32,057 bases of DNA, taken from IMG/VR virus record IMGVR_UViG_3300033076_001246, positions 1 through 32,057 of that record; one strand, given 5' to 3'. Under the pieces are notes generated by a model. It was given only the letters and a program-made list of their open reading frames with translations, searched no databases and had not been told where the DNA came from. Both the position numbers and the translations under genes were made by a program. Below, in pieces: positions 18,838 to 27,222 of this stretch (position 1 is its first letter; the number at the start of each line of letters is the position of its first letter). Source of the DNA: a virus. Lineage: Duplodnaviria; Caudoviricetes.

Positions 18838-20211
18838 ATGACAGGAATTTCATTTGTAATGCCATTTGCTATAATATATGATGGTAACGGTAACCCGCTA
18901 CAAGGAGCAAAGGTATATTTTTATGAAGCTGGCACATCAACGCCACAAGATACTTATTCAGATTCCACTTTGACCACTCCTAATTCAAACCCAGTTTTAA
19001 GTGATTCAGCTGGTAGGGTAAGTAATATTTACTTAGATTCTACCCTTGAATATAAAGTAGTGATTAAAGATGCATCGGACGTGACTATTAGAACTATTGA
19101 TCCTTTTGTCTCTATAGATAGTAATGATAGTTTTTATTTTGGGACTTCAACTACAACCCCCTCTGGTACGAATGGTTTAAACTATACTATATCATCAACG
19201 CCAGCACTTACAGTGTATCCAGCATATGTTAGATTCTCTTTTAAATGTCATTATACTTGCATAGATAGCCCAACTTTACGTTTAGATACATTGTCAGCTA
19301 CATCATTAGTAAAAAGTAATGGTTCAGCTGGATATACAGCATTAAAAGCGGGGGATATTGTAAGCGGGAAAGAGTATATTATTTCTTATAATACGGCTAT
19401 TGGTAGCGTAAACTTCGTCGTAGAAAATCCCGAATACCCGTTAATTTCAAATATTACAAGCGTCAACAACACGGCCTATACTATTCTTACAACTGATCGT
19501 TTCGTTGCTCAAACTGGTACAATGTCAGCTGCTCGTACATTTACCTTGCCAGCTGCTAGCAGTGTAAAAGGTGGTATTGAAATAGTAATTGCCGATAATT
19601 CTGGTACAGTTACGTCTACTAATAAAATTTCTGTTACAAGAAATGGATCGGATACTATTGATGGCGCTACAAGCAAAGATATCACAGCTGCCTATGGTAT
19701 ATTAAGATTAATTTCAGATGGGTCAAGTAAGTGGAAAATTGTAAACCGCTTTATTGGTAAAGTGATACAAGTTGTAAATACGCAAACTGGAGCTGTTGCA
19801 ACGGGAACGACTACCCTCCCAGCAGATGATACAATCCCACAAAGTACGGAAGGCGATCAGTACATGTCATTAGCTATCACACCCACTAGTAGCACTAGTA
19901 AATTAATAATAGATGTTTATTGTGCAATGATTGGTCATAGCAGTGGTAATACACAAATGGGATTAGCGCTTTTTCAAGATAGTACTGCAAATGCCTTAGC
20001 GGCAGTGCAGAATAATATTTCTACGTCTACTAGATCGTTCCCTATGTCATTACGTCATTATATGACCGCTGGTACAACGTCTGCTACTACTTTTAAAGTA
20101 AGACTTGGTGCAAATGACGCTGGTACAACGACATTTAACGGAGTTGCCGGCTCTCGATATTATGGTGGTGCGTTAGCATCATCAATTACAATAACAGAAA
20201 TTGAATTATAG
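18838..20211 (+). CDS. Tail fibre/spike (receptor-binding protein)
   Basis: N-terminal virion-binding domain DGNGNPLQGAKVYFYEAGTSTP...NSNPV.SDSAGR. C-terminal GKVIQVV...ITPTSSTSKLII...SSITITEI fibre-tip pattern. Confidence 0.8.
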   Translation: MTGISFVMPFAIIYDGNGNPLQGAKVYFYEAGTSTPQDTYSDSTLTTPNSNPVLSDSAGRVSNIYLDSTLEYKVVIKDASDVTIRTIDPFVSIDSNDSFYFGTSTTTPSGTNGLNYTISSTPALTVYPAYVRFSFKCHYTCIDSPTLRLDTLSATSLVKSNGSAGYTALKAGDIVSGKEYIISYNTAIGSVNFVVENPEYPLISNITSVNNTAYTILTTDRFVAQTGTMSAARTFTLPAASSVKGGIEIVIADNSGTVTSTNKISVTRNGSDTIDGATSKDITAAYGILRLISDGSSKWKIVNRFIGKVIQVVNTQTGAVATGTTTLPADDTIPQSTEGDQYMSLAITPTSSTSKLIIDVYCAMIGHSSGNTQMGLALFQDSTANALAAVQNNISTSTRSFPMSLRHYMTAGTTSATTFKVRLGANDAGTTTFNGVAGSRYYGGALASSITITEIEL

Positions 20212-20215
20212 TAAT

Positions 20216-20815
20216 ATGATCGCAAGTATAGATGTAATATTAGCAATCCAAAGTATATATCCTAAAATTAATGGTGGTTTTGTATATTGGGAAACTCAGT
20301 ATGACGGCAGTCCATGGATTAACCCTATTGATGGTTTAATCTGGGAAAATACAGAATATCCAAAACCAACATGGGATGAAATTAGTAACCGCATTGTACA
20401 AGTGCAAATTACAAGTGCAATAACGCAAAAATTATTATTACTTGATGAATATTATTATAATGATATAGAACTTAGACGTATTACAATTAATAATTATTTT
20501 ATACTTTCAGCAACGGCAGACGGAAGGTCTTTAATTAATGAGCAAATTGCCTTATTAGAACAGCAAATACATTTAGGTATTATTACAACGGAGCAAGCTA
20601 TTTTTGAATATTTTTATAATGGCAACTCTGTTAAAATTACACTAAACAATTTGAGAGATATATATATCTTTATTATGACCTTGGTAAATGAAAACTATAA
20701 AATTTATAGAATGCATATAAAAGCTATAAAAGCATTAACGTCCATAAATGATATTGCACAATATTGTTTTACTGATCAGTTTCGCAAAAAACAAAATTTA
20801 GATATTATTGTGTAA
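20216..20815 (+). CDS. Tail fibre assembly/chaperone-like protein
   Basis: Follows the fibre gene. Has a W.N..YPKPTWDEI motif and a helical C-terminus ending IKALTSINDI. ATG at 20216. Confidence 0.55.
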   Translation: MIASIDVILAIQSIYPKINGGFVYWETQYDGSPWINPIDGLIWENTEYPKPTWDEISNRIVQVQITSAITQKLLLLDEYYYNDIELRRITINNYFILSATADGRSLINEQIALLEQQIHLGIITTEQAIFEYFYNGNSVKITLNNLRDIYIFIMTLVNENYKIYRMHIKAIKALTSINDIAQYCFTDQFRKKQNLDIIV

Positions 20816-20825
20816 TAATATTAAT

Positions 20826-21455
20826 ATGAATTTTATTACAAAAGATCAATTATATATTCATCTTGATCAATATGACATTTTTGGTTTTTATCATAAACCA
20901 TGGTATTATGTTTTTAGTAGATTAATTAAATGGTTTTCTGGTTTTAAAGTTGACCATGTAGGAATTGTAAGTTACGTTAATTCCCTTAATCAAGATGTGA
21001 AGGCATTCCATTTATTAGAGCAACGCCTTACCACAAATACAATACAAACAAATTATTTTATAAGTAAGTGGGGTATAGATAGTCGTTTTGATAATAAAAA
21101 TATTATTTTATATTATTCTCAAATTAAACCAGAAATTAGAGCTTTATTCACTGATGATATATTGCAAGAACTTCAGCAATATATTCTAGCTAATATAAAT
21201 GTGCAATATTCGTTAAAAGATTTGTTATTAACAAATAGAATATTATTTAAATTATTTCCGTCTTACAAACAAAAGGTATTAAAAAATTATGAAAATCATA
21301 ATGATATTTGCAGCGGTCTAATTGCTGGTTTTATTAAGCGTTTACAAGATAGCAAGGTATTACCAATAGATGAAAATATTTTAATTCCATTACCAACGCC
21401 AATTCAAATTTTAACGTATTATCAATTATACAATTTTTTTATTGTAAATAAATAA
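20826..21455 (+). CDS. Permuted NlpC/P60 (YiiX/YebB-like) papain-fold hydrolase
   Basis: SRLIKWFSG...DHVGIV (His first), then YSL, then ICSGLIA (Cys later) and PTP. This is the circularly permuted catalytic order. Confidence 0.7.
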   Translation: MNFITKDQLYIHLDQYDIFGFYHKPWYYVFSRLIKWFSGFKVDHVGIVSYVNSLNQDVKAFHLLEQRLTTNTIQTNYFISKWGIDSRFDNKNIILYYSQIKPEIRALFTDDILQELQQYILANINVQYSLKDLLLTNRILFKLFPSYKQKVLKNYENHNDICSGLIAGFIKRLQDSKVLPIDENILIPLPTPIQILTYYQLYNFFIVNK

Positions 21456-21486
21456 TTATTATTGTATTACATATATTATCAATATT

Positions 21487-22218
21487 ATGTATAATATGCC
21501 ATGGTTAGTGCAGGTCTTGTCTAAAATTGGTCAAAAATACATAACATATATATTTGAAAAGATATCAGCGCAATATATAATATTGATTGTCATCAATATT
21601 ATAGTGTGTAGCATTATATATTTATTTTTAATAAAAACACCTATTGTTTCTATTGGAACGCATTCTACCCAAACATTAAATATGATTTCTGTACGTGATA
21701 GTCTATATAATAGCGTTGCACGTGAAATCAAAACATGCGGTATAAACACTTTTAGTGGTAAAATTAATGTTAATCAAGTTAATGACGATACATACTACTT
21801 TACTTTTGATTATTTAATGGATTCAGCGGGTCGAGATGTAAGGTATTTAAATAGCGCAACACGTGATTTATATACTACCGTATATATGGTAGATAAAAAT
21901 TTTAAAAATGATTTATCTATTATTAAAGATACTATAAATAGCAGTACTGCATATGCAAATTATGAAATTTTAGAAGCACGCAACTCTAAGGTTTTTATTA
22001 AATTTTTCCAAAAGAGCGCCCTAGGATTAAGTAAAGTATATTATACACCAATATATCACACAAATTATCTAGGAGAAAAAACGCTATTGTATATCGCAAC
22101 GTTAACTTTTATTGACGAAGATCAGATAATATGCAATCCTACTGAGGTTTTAGATAATATCTCTAAATATATGTTGGTATATTATCAAGCTGTTCGTGAT
22201 ACATATAATATTATATAA
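21487..22218 (+). CDS. Single-TM membrane protein with possible GAF-like extracytoplasmic domain (candidate T4 T-like holin)
   Basis: TM segment YIILIVINIIVCSIIYLFLI. C-terminal GLSKVYYTPIY...LLYIATLTF...VLDNISKY resembles a GAF C-terminal pattern. Located in the lysis region. Confidence 0.4.
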   Translation: MYNMPWLVQVLSKIGQKYITYIFEKISAQYIILIVINIIVCSIIYLFLIKTPIVSIGTHSTQTLNMISVRDSLYNSVAREIKTCGINTFSGKINVNQVNDDTYYFTFDYLMDSAGRDVRYLNSATRDLYTTVYMVDKNFKNDLSIIKDTINSSTAYANYEILEARNSKVFIKFFQKSALGLSKVYYTPIYHTNYLGEKTLLYIATLTFIDEDQIICNPTEVLDNISKYMLVYYQAVRDTYNII

Positions 22219-22233
22219 CATTTAATTTTAATT

Positions 22234-22845
22234 ATGAGGTTTATACTGTCTAATATTATTATGCCAATTGCATTTGCATTGAGTATTGTTTTATGCTTAT
22301 TACCATTACGTGCAAGGGCGGAAACACGTTTATTTATGTCTTTAGATTCTACATTTCTTGAGAAAAAACACACTGGGCTACATACGAGGCTTGATAATGA
22401 ATCAAACCCCTTTGCAAATATTTATGGTATTTCACTTGGCAGTTCGTTTTCTATTCCAGAGACAAAAATTTCTTTAACACTCAAAACTAATAGGTTAATA
22501 AATTTTCCCATAACGCATAGTGGTAAGACGTATTATAATAATACATATTTAAGAGATTCATCGGTCAGAACAAAACTAATTTCTGATGTGATAGTAGCTA
22601 GTTATTATCTTGGTAATGGAGTAATGCCATTTATATTTGTTAGTAATACAGGAATTGAATCAAAAATTACAAATAATTTGGGCGTTTTTCATAATAAGAT
22701 TAGTAGTATATATGAAGGTTTTGGCTTAGTATTATTTTTAAATAAACAAGTGGGCGTTAATATTGCATGGGTTTTACCTAATAAAAGAGCTTCTACAAGA
22801 AATGGAATTAATATTGGATTAAGTTATGCGTTTTTATCAATTTAA
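22234..22845 (+). CDS. Secreted, putative outer-membrane beta-barrel protein
   Basis: Signal peptide ending ARA|E, amphipathic strands (YGISLGSSF, EGFGLVLF, VGVNIAWV) and a C-terminal GINIGLSYAF resembling a beta-signal. Confidence 0.55.
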   Translation: MRFILSNIIMPIAFALSIVLCLLPLRARAETRLFMSLDSTFLEKKHTGLHTRLDNESNPFANIYGISLGSSFSIPETKISLTLKTNRLINFPITHSGKTYYNNTYLRDSSVRTKLISDVIVASYYLGNGVMPFIFVSNTGIESKITNNLGVFHNKISSIYEGFGLVLFLNKQVGVNIAWVLPNKRASTRNGINIGLSYAFLSI

Positions 22846-22862
22846 TTTTCAATCTTTTTAAT

Positions 22863-23366
22863 ATGTTTATCAGTCAAATTATCTCATCTGTTTCAGGTGT
22901 AGTAACTGGTATTATCCAAGATGTACTACATAGTAAGGCTGAAGCAAAGGCAAAAAAAGATGATCTTGAGATCTTTAAACAGAAACAAGATTATTTATTA
23001 GAGCTAGATCGCCAACGTTCTGATTTACTGAAGGAAGAATTACATTTAAAATCTAATATTGAAACATCTAAGGCCGAACAAAGTGAGGATGATTTTGAGT
23101 CTGCTCGTATAAATGCTATTACTAATGCAACAAAATATATTAAAACTGATAATGTTTTGATTGAAATTGCTAATTTCATCGTAACTATCACCAGACCTCT
23201 CTTAACGTTTCTATTAACATTATTGATCTTTTATATATATAAAACACAAATTACATTCAATCCTATTTGGCTTTCAGACTTCATAGAGGCTATTATGGAT
23301 TTATATAGTTGGGCTTTTTCGTTTTGGTTTTTTCGTAGAAGCATGGATAAATTACGTAGTAAATAA
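22863..23366 (+). CDS. Putative holin
   Basis: Amphipathic N-terminus, coiled coil, TRPLLTF-TM, and a second hydrophobic segment ending FWFFRRSMDK. Directly upstream of the endolysin. Confidence 0.65.
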   Translation: MFISQIISSVSGVVTGIIQDVLHSKAEAKAKKDDLEIFKQKQDYLLELDRQRSDLLKEELHLKSNIETSKAEQSEDDFESARINAITNATKYIKTDNVLIEIANFIVTITRPLLTFLLTLLIFYIYKTQITFNPIWLSDFIEAIMDLYSWAFSFWFFRRSMDKLRSK

Positions 23367-23368
23367 GT

Positions 23369-23821
23369 ATGGCAGATTTTACACATATAGACGCTTTAGC
23401 GTCATCGATTATTAAACAATTTGAGGGTTTGGCATTAAAGCCTTATAAATGTCCTGCTGGAGTGTTGACTATAGGCTATGGTCATACTGGTAGTGACGTT
23501 AAGGACAATATGGAGATTACCGTTCATGACGCTATTACTATACTAATGAAAGATATTAAAAAATATAGACAAAGTGTATATAATGAAGTAGGTTCAATTT
23601 GTAATGACGAACAAATTGCAGCCTTAACGTCTTTCTGCTTTAATGTTGGTATAGGTAACTTTTTAAAATCAACGTTATTAAAGACTATAAAAAAGAATCC
23701 ATCTGATTTAGACGGAATTAAGGCGCAATTTATGCGGTGGGTAAACGCAGGGGGAAATAGGCTACAGGGACTTATTTTACGTAGAACAGCAGAATATACC
23801 ATGTATTCTAAACTTTCTTGA
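23369..23821 (+). CDS. Endolysin, GH24 (phage lysozyme)
   Basis: FEGLALKPYKCPAGVLTIGYGHT (E-x8-C-x5-T triad), ALTSFCFNVG and GLILRRTAE. Confidence 0.95.
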   Translation: MADFTHIDALASSIIKQFEGLALKPYKCPAGVLTIGYGHTGSDVKDNMEITVHDAITILMKDIKKYRQSVYNEVGSICNDEQIAALTSFCFNVGIGNFLKSTLLKTIKKNPSDLDGIKAQFMRWVNAGGNRLQGLILRRTAEYTMYSKLS

Positions 23822-23841
23822 CATTAATATTGATATATATT

Positions 23842-23869
23842 TATTAATACAATATTATTAATACAATAT
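23842..23869. repeat. 14-bp tandem duplication TATTAATACAATAT x2
   Basis: Read directly at 23842..23855 and 23856..23869. Confidence 0.8.
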
Positions 23870-23883
23870 GTTTAGATAAAATA

Positions 23884-23929
23884 AAAATAATATTTAATGA
23901 TGTTTTAAATGTCATTAAATAATTATTTT
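23884..23929. terminator. Putative bidirectional terminator between convergent late and early transcripts
   Basis: Stem ATTTAATGA (23892..23900) / TCATTAAAT (23912..23920), extended by AAAATAAT/ATTATTTT. The stem is AT-rich and weak. Confidence 0.4.
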
Positions 23930-23964
23930 ACTAATTAATGGGACATTGGGTTACCTATTGATAA

Positions 23965-24336
23965 TTATTGTAAAACAACGTAATAATCATTCTGATAGCC
24001 AGAATGGGGATTGTTAATACTTTTGCTTGAAAACTGACTGCCATAAATACCATGAGGATTTGATATCGACTCTGGATCGTATGGGTTACTTGATAAGCGA
24101 CCACGATAATTACCGTGAGCATCATATATTTTAGGTGCATTTGTTGCATAAGGATTGTGAGGCGATTTATTACTAAATTGAGAACCATATACACCGTAAG
24201 GATTGTTTATACTATCAGCATAGTAAGGACTGCCGACTCCATAGGGATTGTTAATGCAATTGTAATCATAAGGACATCTAGCAACTGCAATATTAGCAAT
24301 GAAGATAATAGCAATAGTGAGAATGTAAGTTTTCAT
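23965..24336 (-). CDS. Secreted NPYG-repeat protein
   Basis: Signal peptide MKTYILTIAIIFIANIAVA, six NP(Y/H) units and two YGSQFS repeats. Confidence 0.75.
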   Translation of the reverse strand: MKTYILTIAIIFIANIAVARCPYDYNCINNPYGVGSPYYADSINNPYGVYGSQFSNKSPHNPYATNAPKIYDAHGNYRGRLSSNPYDPESISNPHGIYGSQFSSKSINNPHSGYQNDYYVVLQ

Positions 24337-24340
24337 AGAT

Positions 24341-24976
24341 TTAATATTGTGTTAACCATTTATTTTGATATATTGTTTTGTATGATATATGATCTTCTAG
24401 CCATGATAAAAACTCTGAGATCCTTTGAAGTAAGTTACTTTGTATAGTTTCAGATGTTAAATAATAACTCTCCCGCCAAAAGGATTCTCCATCTGAAATT
24501 AAATAATCAAACTTCTCTAAATTAGCGCAATATAAATATAACAAATGTTGCACGGAATTTGCAAACTTCCCCACTTCATAACTAGATGTGTATTTGATGT
24601 CATAGATCATATCCTCCTTTATGGCATCAGCTTTACCATATAGTAATAATGAATAACTATTACATGTTATTTCTTTTTTTAATACCGTTTGGAACATTCC
24701 ATCTGTAACAATTTCAGCTATACTAAGAACGGGATCGATAGGGTTGTTTTCAATACTGGCTAAATATTCTTGATCTTCCCAAGGTTTAATGCTAGCGCAT
24801 TCAATGATCTTTTTTTCAAACTCTATTCCTTTTAACATTGCTTGGGTTGGCTCGGTTTTTTCTCGTTTTAACGTAGACAAAAACGAGTTATGAACCGATT
24901 GTTCGTTTTCCCCGTCATAATTCATCCAATATTGCCAAGATTGAATAAGGGTTGGTGTTACTAAATATTTTATCAT
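24341..24976 (-). CDS. PD-(D/E)XK family exonuclease
   Basis: TQAMLKGIEFE, LYGKADAI...IYDIKYT and QHLLY motifs. Adjacent to the Sak4-like ATPase. Confidence 0.7.
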   Translation of the reverse strand: MIKYLVTPTLIQSWQYWMNYDGENEQSVHNSFLSTLKREKTEPTQAMLKGIEFEKKIIECASIKPWEDQEYLASIENNPIDPVLSIAEIVTDGMFQTVLKKEITCNSYSLLLYGKADAIKEDMIYDIKYTSSYEVGKFANSVQHLLYLYCANLEKFDYLISDGESFWRESYYLTSETIQSNLLQRISEFLSWLEDHISYKTIYQNKWLTQY

Positions 24977-24990
24977 ATTTTACCTATTAA

Positions 24991-25917
24991 TTATGATTTT
25001 ATTTCAAAAACTTTTGCATCTTTATTAAAGACTGCATTTAACGCCTTAGCTATCTCTAATAGCTTTTGTTTCTCGTATTCTGCGCTAGACCATATCACTT
25101 GTAATTTTTGATAATCGTTTAAATAATAATGATTTAAAGCGTCAACTGTCTGGAGTTCTTTCATTCTAATATTAATAATATTAATTAAGTCATTGTATTG
25201 CTCCCTTAATACTGCGTTTTCCTTAATCTTTTCCTGATATTTGTGAAAAACATTTTTTGTTAAAAAGTCATTTACACCCTTTAACACTGGATATTCTAAA
25301 TAACCGTTCAATCCTAAGGAATTTTTAGCATAAAATGCTTCGTTGGGTGTCAAATCAATAGTTCTTTTATTACCTTGTATAGACATGTAGCCCATAAAAT
25401 CTAATTCTTTCACAACATCCTTGCCAGACGATCCGCTAACATCAGGTCTTTTAGTAATTTTATCGCCTTCCTTATCTTCTTTTTCGTGCGCAATAAAAAT
25501 AACTGATTTTCTTTTACTATCTAATAATTTTAATAGGTTTTGAAACTCTATTTTAATCATACCCCAACCTTTCATTGACAACTGCCCATCGCCTTGCTTC
25601 ATTTTGGGATTTGTACCAGCAATGTAATCACCAATCCTATCAATCATCTTGCCAAGTGTATCAATAACAATAGTGTCATAATGTTTGATGTCATCACTTT
25701 GCAATACGTCCAGTAAATCTTTATAACTTTCAGGTTGTACACTATCTTTTTGATATTGAGCGTCAACTCTTCGCAGGCCACTATCAAAATCAATTAATAA
25801 TGGATTCGGTGAGGAAAGAGCAATTGCTGTTTTACCTATTCCAGGTTGTCCATAAATCAATCCTTTTAAAATAATGTTATCAGATTTTAGCTCTGATGGT
25901 TTTTTGATTAATGTCAT
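24991..25917 (-). CDS. Sak4-like (AAA_24) recombination ATPase
   Basis: LIYGQPGIGKT Walker A, LLIDFDSG, YDTIVIDT Walker B, VIFIAHE and AKN. Confidence 0.85.
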   Translation of the reverse strand: MTLIKKPSELKSDNIILKGLIYGQPGIGKTAIALSSPNPLLIDFDSGLRRVDAQYQKDSVQPESYKDLLDVLQSDDIKHYDTIVIDTLGKMIDRIGDYIAGTNPKMKQGDGQLSMKGWGMIKIEFQNLLKLLDSKRKSVIFIAHEKEDKEGDKITKRPDVSGSSGKDVVKELDFMGYMSIQGNKRTIDLTPNEAFYAKNSLGLNGYLEYPVLKGVNDFLTKNVFHKYQEKIKENAVLREQYNDLINIINIRMKELQTVDALNHYYLNDYQKLQVIWSSAEYEKQKLLEIAKALNAVFNKDAKVFEIKS

Positions 25918-25938
25918 ACTGTCTATGATAGATTATTA

Positions 25939-25967
25939 TTAATAATGATATATTTATATAATGTCAA
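25939..25967 (-). promoter_or_regulatory. Putative promoter of the recombination genes
   Basis: Minus strand TTGACA-17 nt-TATTAA, ending about 20 nt before the ATG at 25917. Confidence 0.5.
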
Positions 25968-25978
25968 GATATTATATA

Positions 25979-26590
25979 TTATATTTTGCCTTGAGTAAAC
26001 AATGCCCATTCGGCGTTAACTCTATTTGTTAATAATTTTTCCCCCTTAACCAATGAGAACTCAAGCCATTCTTTTTTTATATAATGATAATCAGCGTTAT
26101 GTTTTAATAAACTAAATAAATTACTTGCCTTAAAACGAGTAATACCAATCCTATAAACCAGCGCCATAATTGCTGCCGTTTGCTCAGGTGTGTAAATATA
26201 ACTAATAGCACTAATATCTACTAAGTCATAATATAATTCATTTAAAACACTGTGTAATCTATGATAAGCCATTGGCTCGGTAATAGAAGTCAACTTAGGA
26301 TATTGATTAAAAATTAATGTATCGCCATAACCTATAGTCTTTTTTCCTCCTAAGCATTTATAAGGTTTTGATCTAAACCCTTCATGCTCCATTAAAAAAA
26401 TTTCTGCAATTTCTATTGTACGTAAATAATGACCCATGATATATGCTACTTCATTTGCAATCATATCTTGTTGATTGCTATATGTTGCTTCAAAAGAATC
26501 TTGTCTATCTTTGCGACCTAAATAATAGTTATAAAATGTTATAAAAAATATTAAAGTAATTAATATTGTAATTGAGACGATTTTTTTCAT
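25979..26590 (-). CDS. Second GH24 lysozyme with N-terminal membrane anchor/signal
   Basis: MKK plus hydrophobic IVSITILITLIFFITFY, then HEGFRSKPYKCLGGKKTIGYG (intact E-x8-C-x5-T), ALVYRIG and RVNAEWALF. Confidence 0.85.
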   Translation of the reverse strand: MKKIVSITILITLIFFITFYNYYLGRKDRQDSFEATYSNQQDMIANEVAYIMGHYLRTIEIAEIFLMEHEGFRSKPYKCLGGKKTIGYGDTLIFNQYPKLTSITEPMAYHRLHSVLNELYYDLVDISAISYIYTPEQTAAIMALVYRIGITRFKASNLFSLLKHNADYHYIKKEWLEFSLVKGEKLLTNRVNAEWALFTQGKI

Positions 26591-26601
26591 AATAATAATA
26601 T

Positions 26602-26844
26602 TTATTTAGTATATTTTGTTAAATTTGCTGCAATTTGCATCATTTGATCAATTGTAACACCATATATATTAGATAGCGCTAATAACGTTTGTATTGTGAC
26701 GCGGGATTGATTATTTTCATATCTGGCATATTGCTGATATCCTATGTTAAGCTTCTGCGCAATATCTCGTCTACTATAATTAAAGTAGATTCGATTAATT
26801 TTTATCATCTTGCCGATTTCAACGTTATCTGAATTAATAATCAT
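26602..26844 (-). CDS. XRE/Cro-CI family HTH transcriptional regulator
   Basis: IGKMIKINR...SRRDIAQKLNIGYQQYARYENNQSRVTIQTLLALSNIYGVTID. Confidence 0.9.
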   Translation of the reverse strand: MIINSDNVEIGKMIKINRIYFNYSRRDIAQKLNIGYQQYARYENNQSRVTIQTLLALSNIYGVTIDQMMQIAANLTKYTK

Positions 26845-26854
26845 AACAATATTT

Positions 26855-27055
26855 TTAACTTAATTTAAAAGGGTCTATATCTTCATTCGCAATATCCTCA
26901 TATAAGACATTTAACGGAATAATACCTCCGTTAATAAATTGTTTAAAACAATCTATGTCTAATAACCAATCAGATAAATTGATTAAATTTGATTTTTTAT
27001 AATACTGTTCAGCATTATAAATGTAATACATATAATCATCAAAACTATTTTCCAT
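26855..27055 (-). CDS. Small acidic hypothetical protein (66 aa)
   Basis: Fills the gap between promoter region II and the XRE gene. Confidence 0.55.
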   Translation of the reverse strand: MENSFDDYMYYIYNAEQYYKKSNLINLSDWLLDIDCFKQFINGGIIPLNVLYEDIANEDIDPFKLS

Positions 27056-27222
27056 ATAAAAGATATTTTATTGTTATATTTGATAGTTATTAAAATTATA
27101 ATTGTCAATATACAATGTAAAATTTGTATAAAATATAGTATATTATATAAACATTTTTGTGTAGTTGGTATTGACAATTATAAATTGTAAATACTATAAG
27201 TTGTTATATAAAATTATATATT
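27056..27222. promoter_or_regulatory. Divergent promoter/operator region II
   Basis: Back-to-back TTGACA hexamers (minus 27103..27108, plus 27171..27176) embedded in a 15-bp inverted repeat TTATAATTGTCAATA (27096..27110) / TATTGACAATTATAA (27169..27183). Confidence 0.7.

Noticed and set aside
18838-20211. Diversity-generating retroelement or invertible fibre cassette
   Set aside because: No reverse transcriptase, invertase or nucleotide-level template repeat. The similarity to 14156..14761 is only at a diverged protein level.
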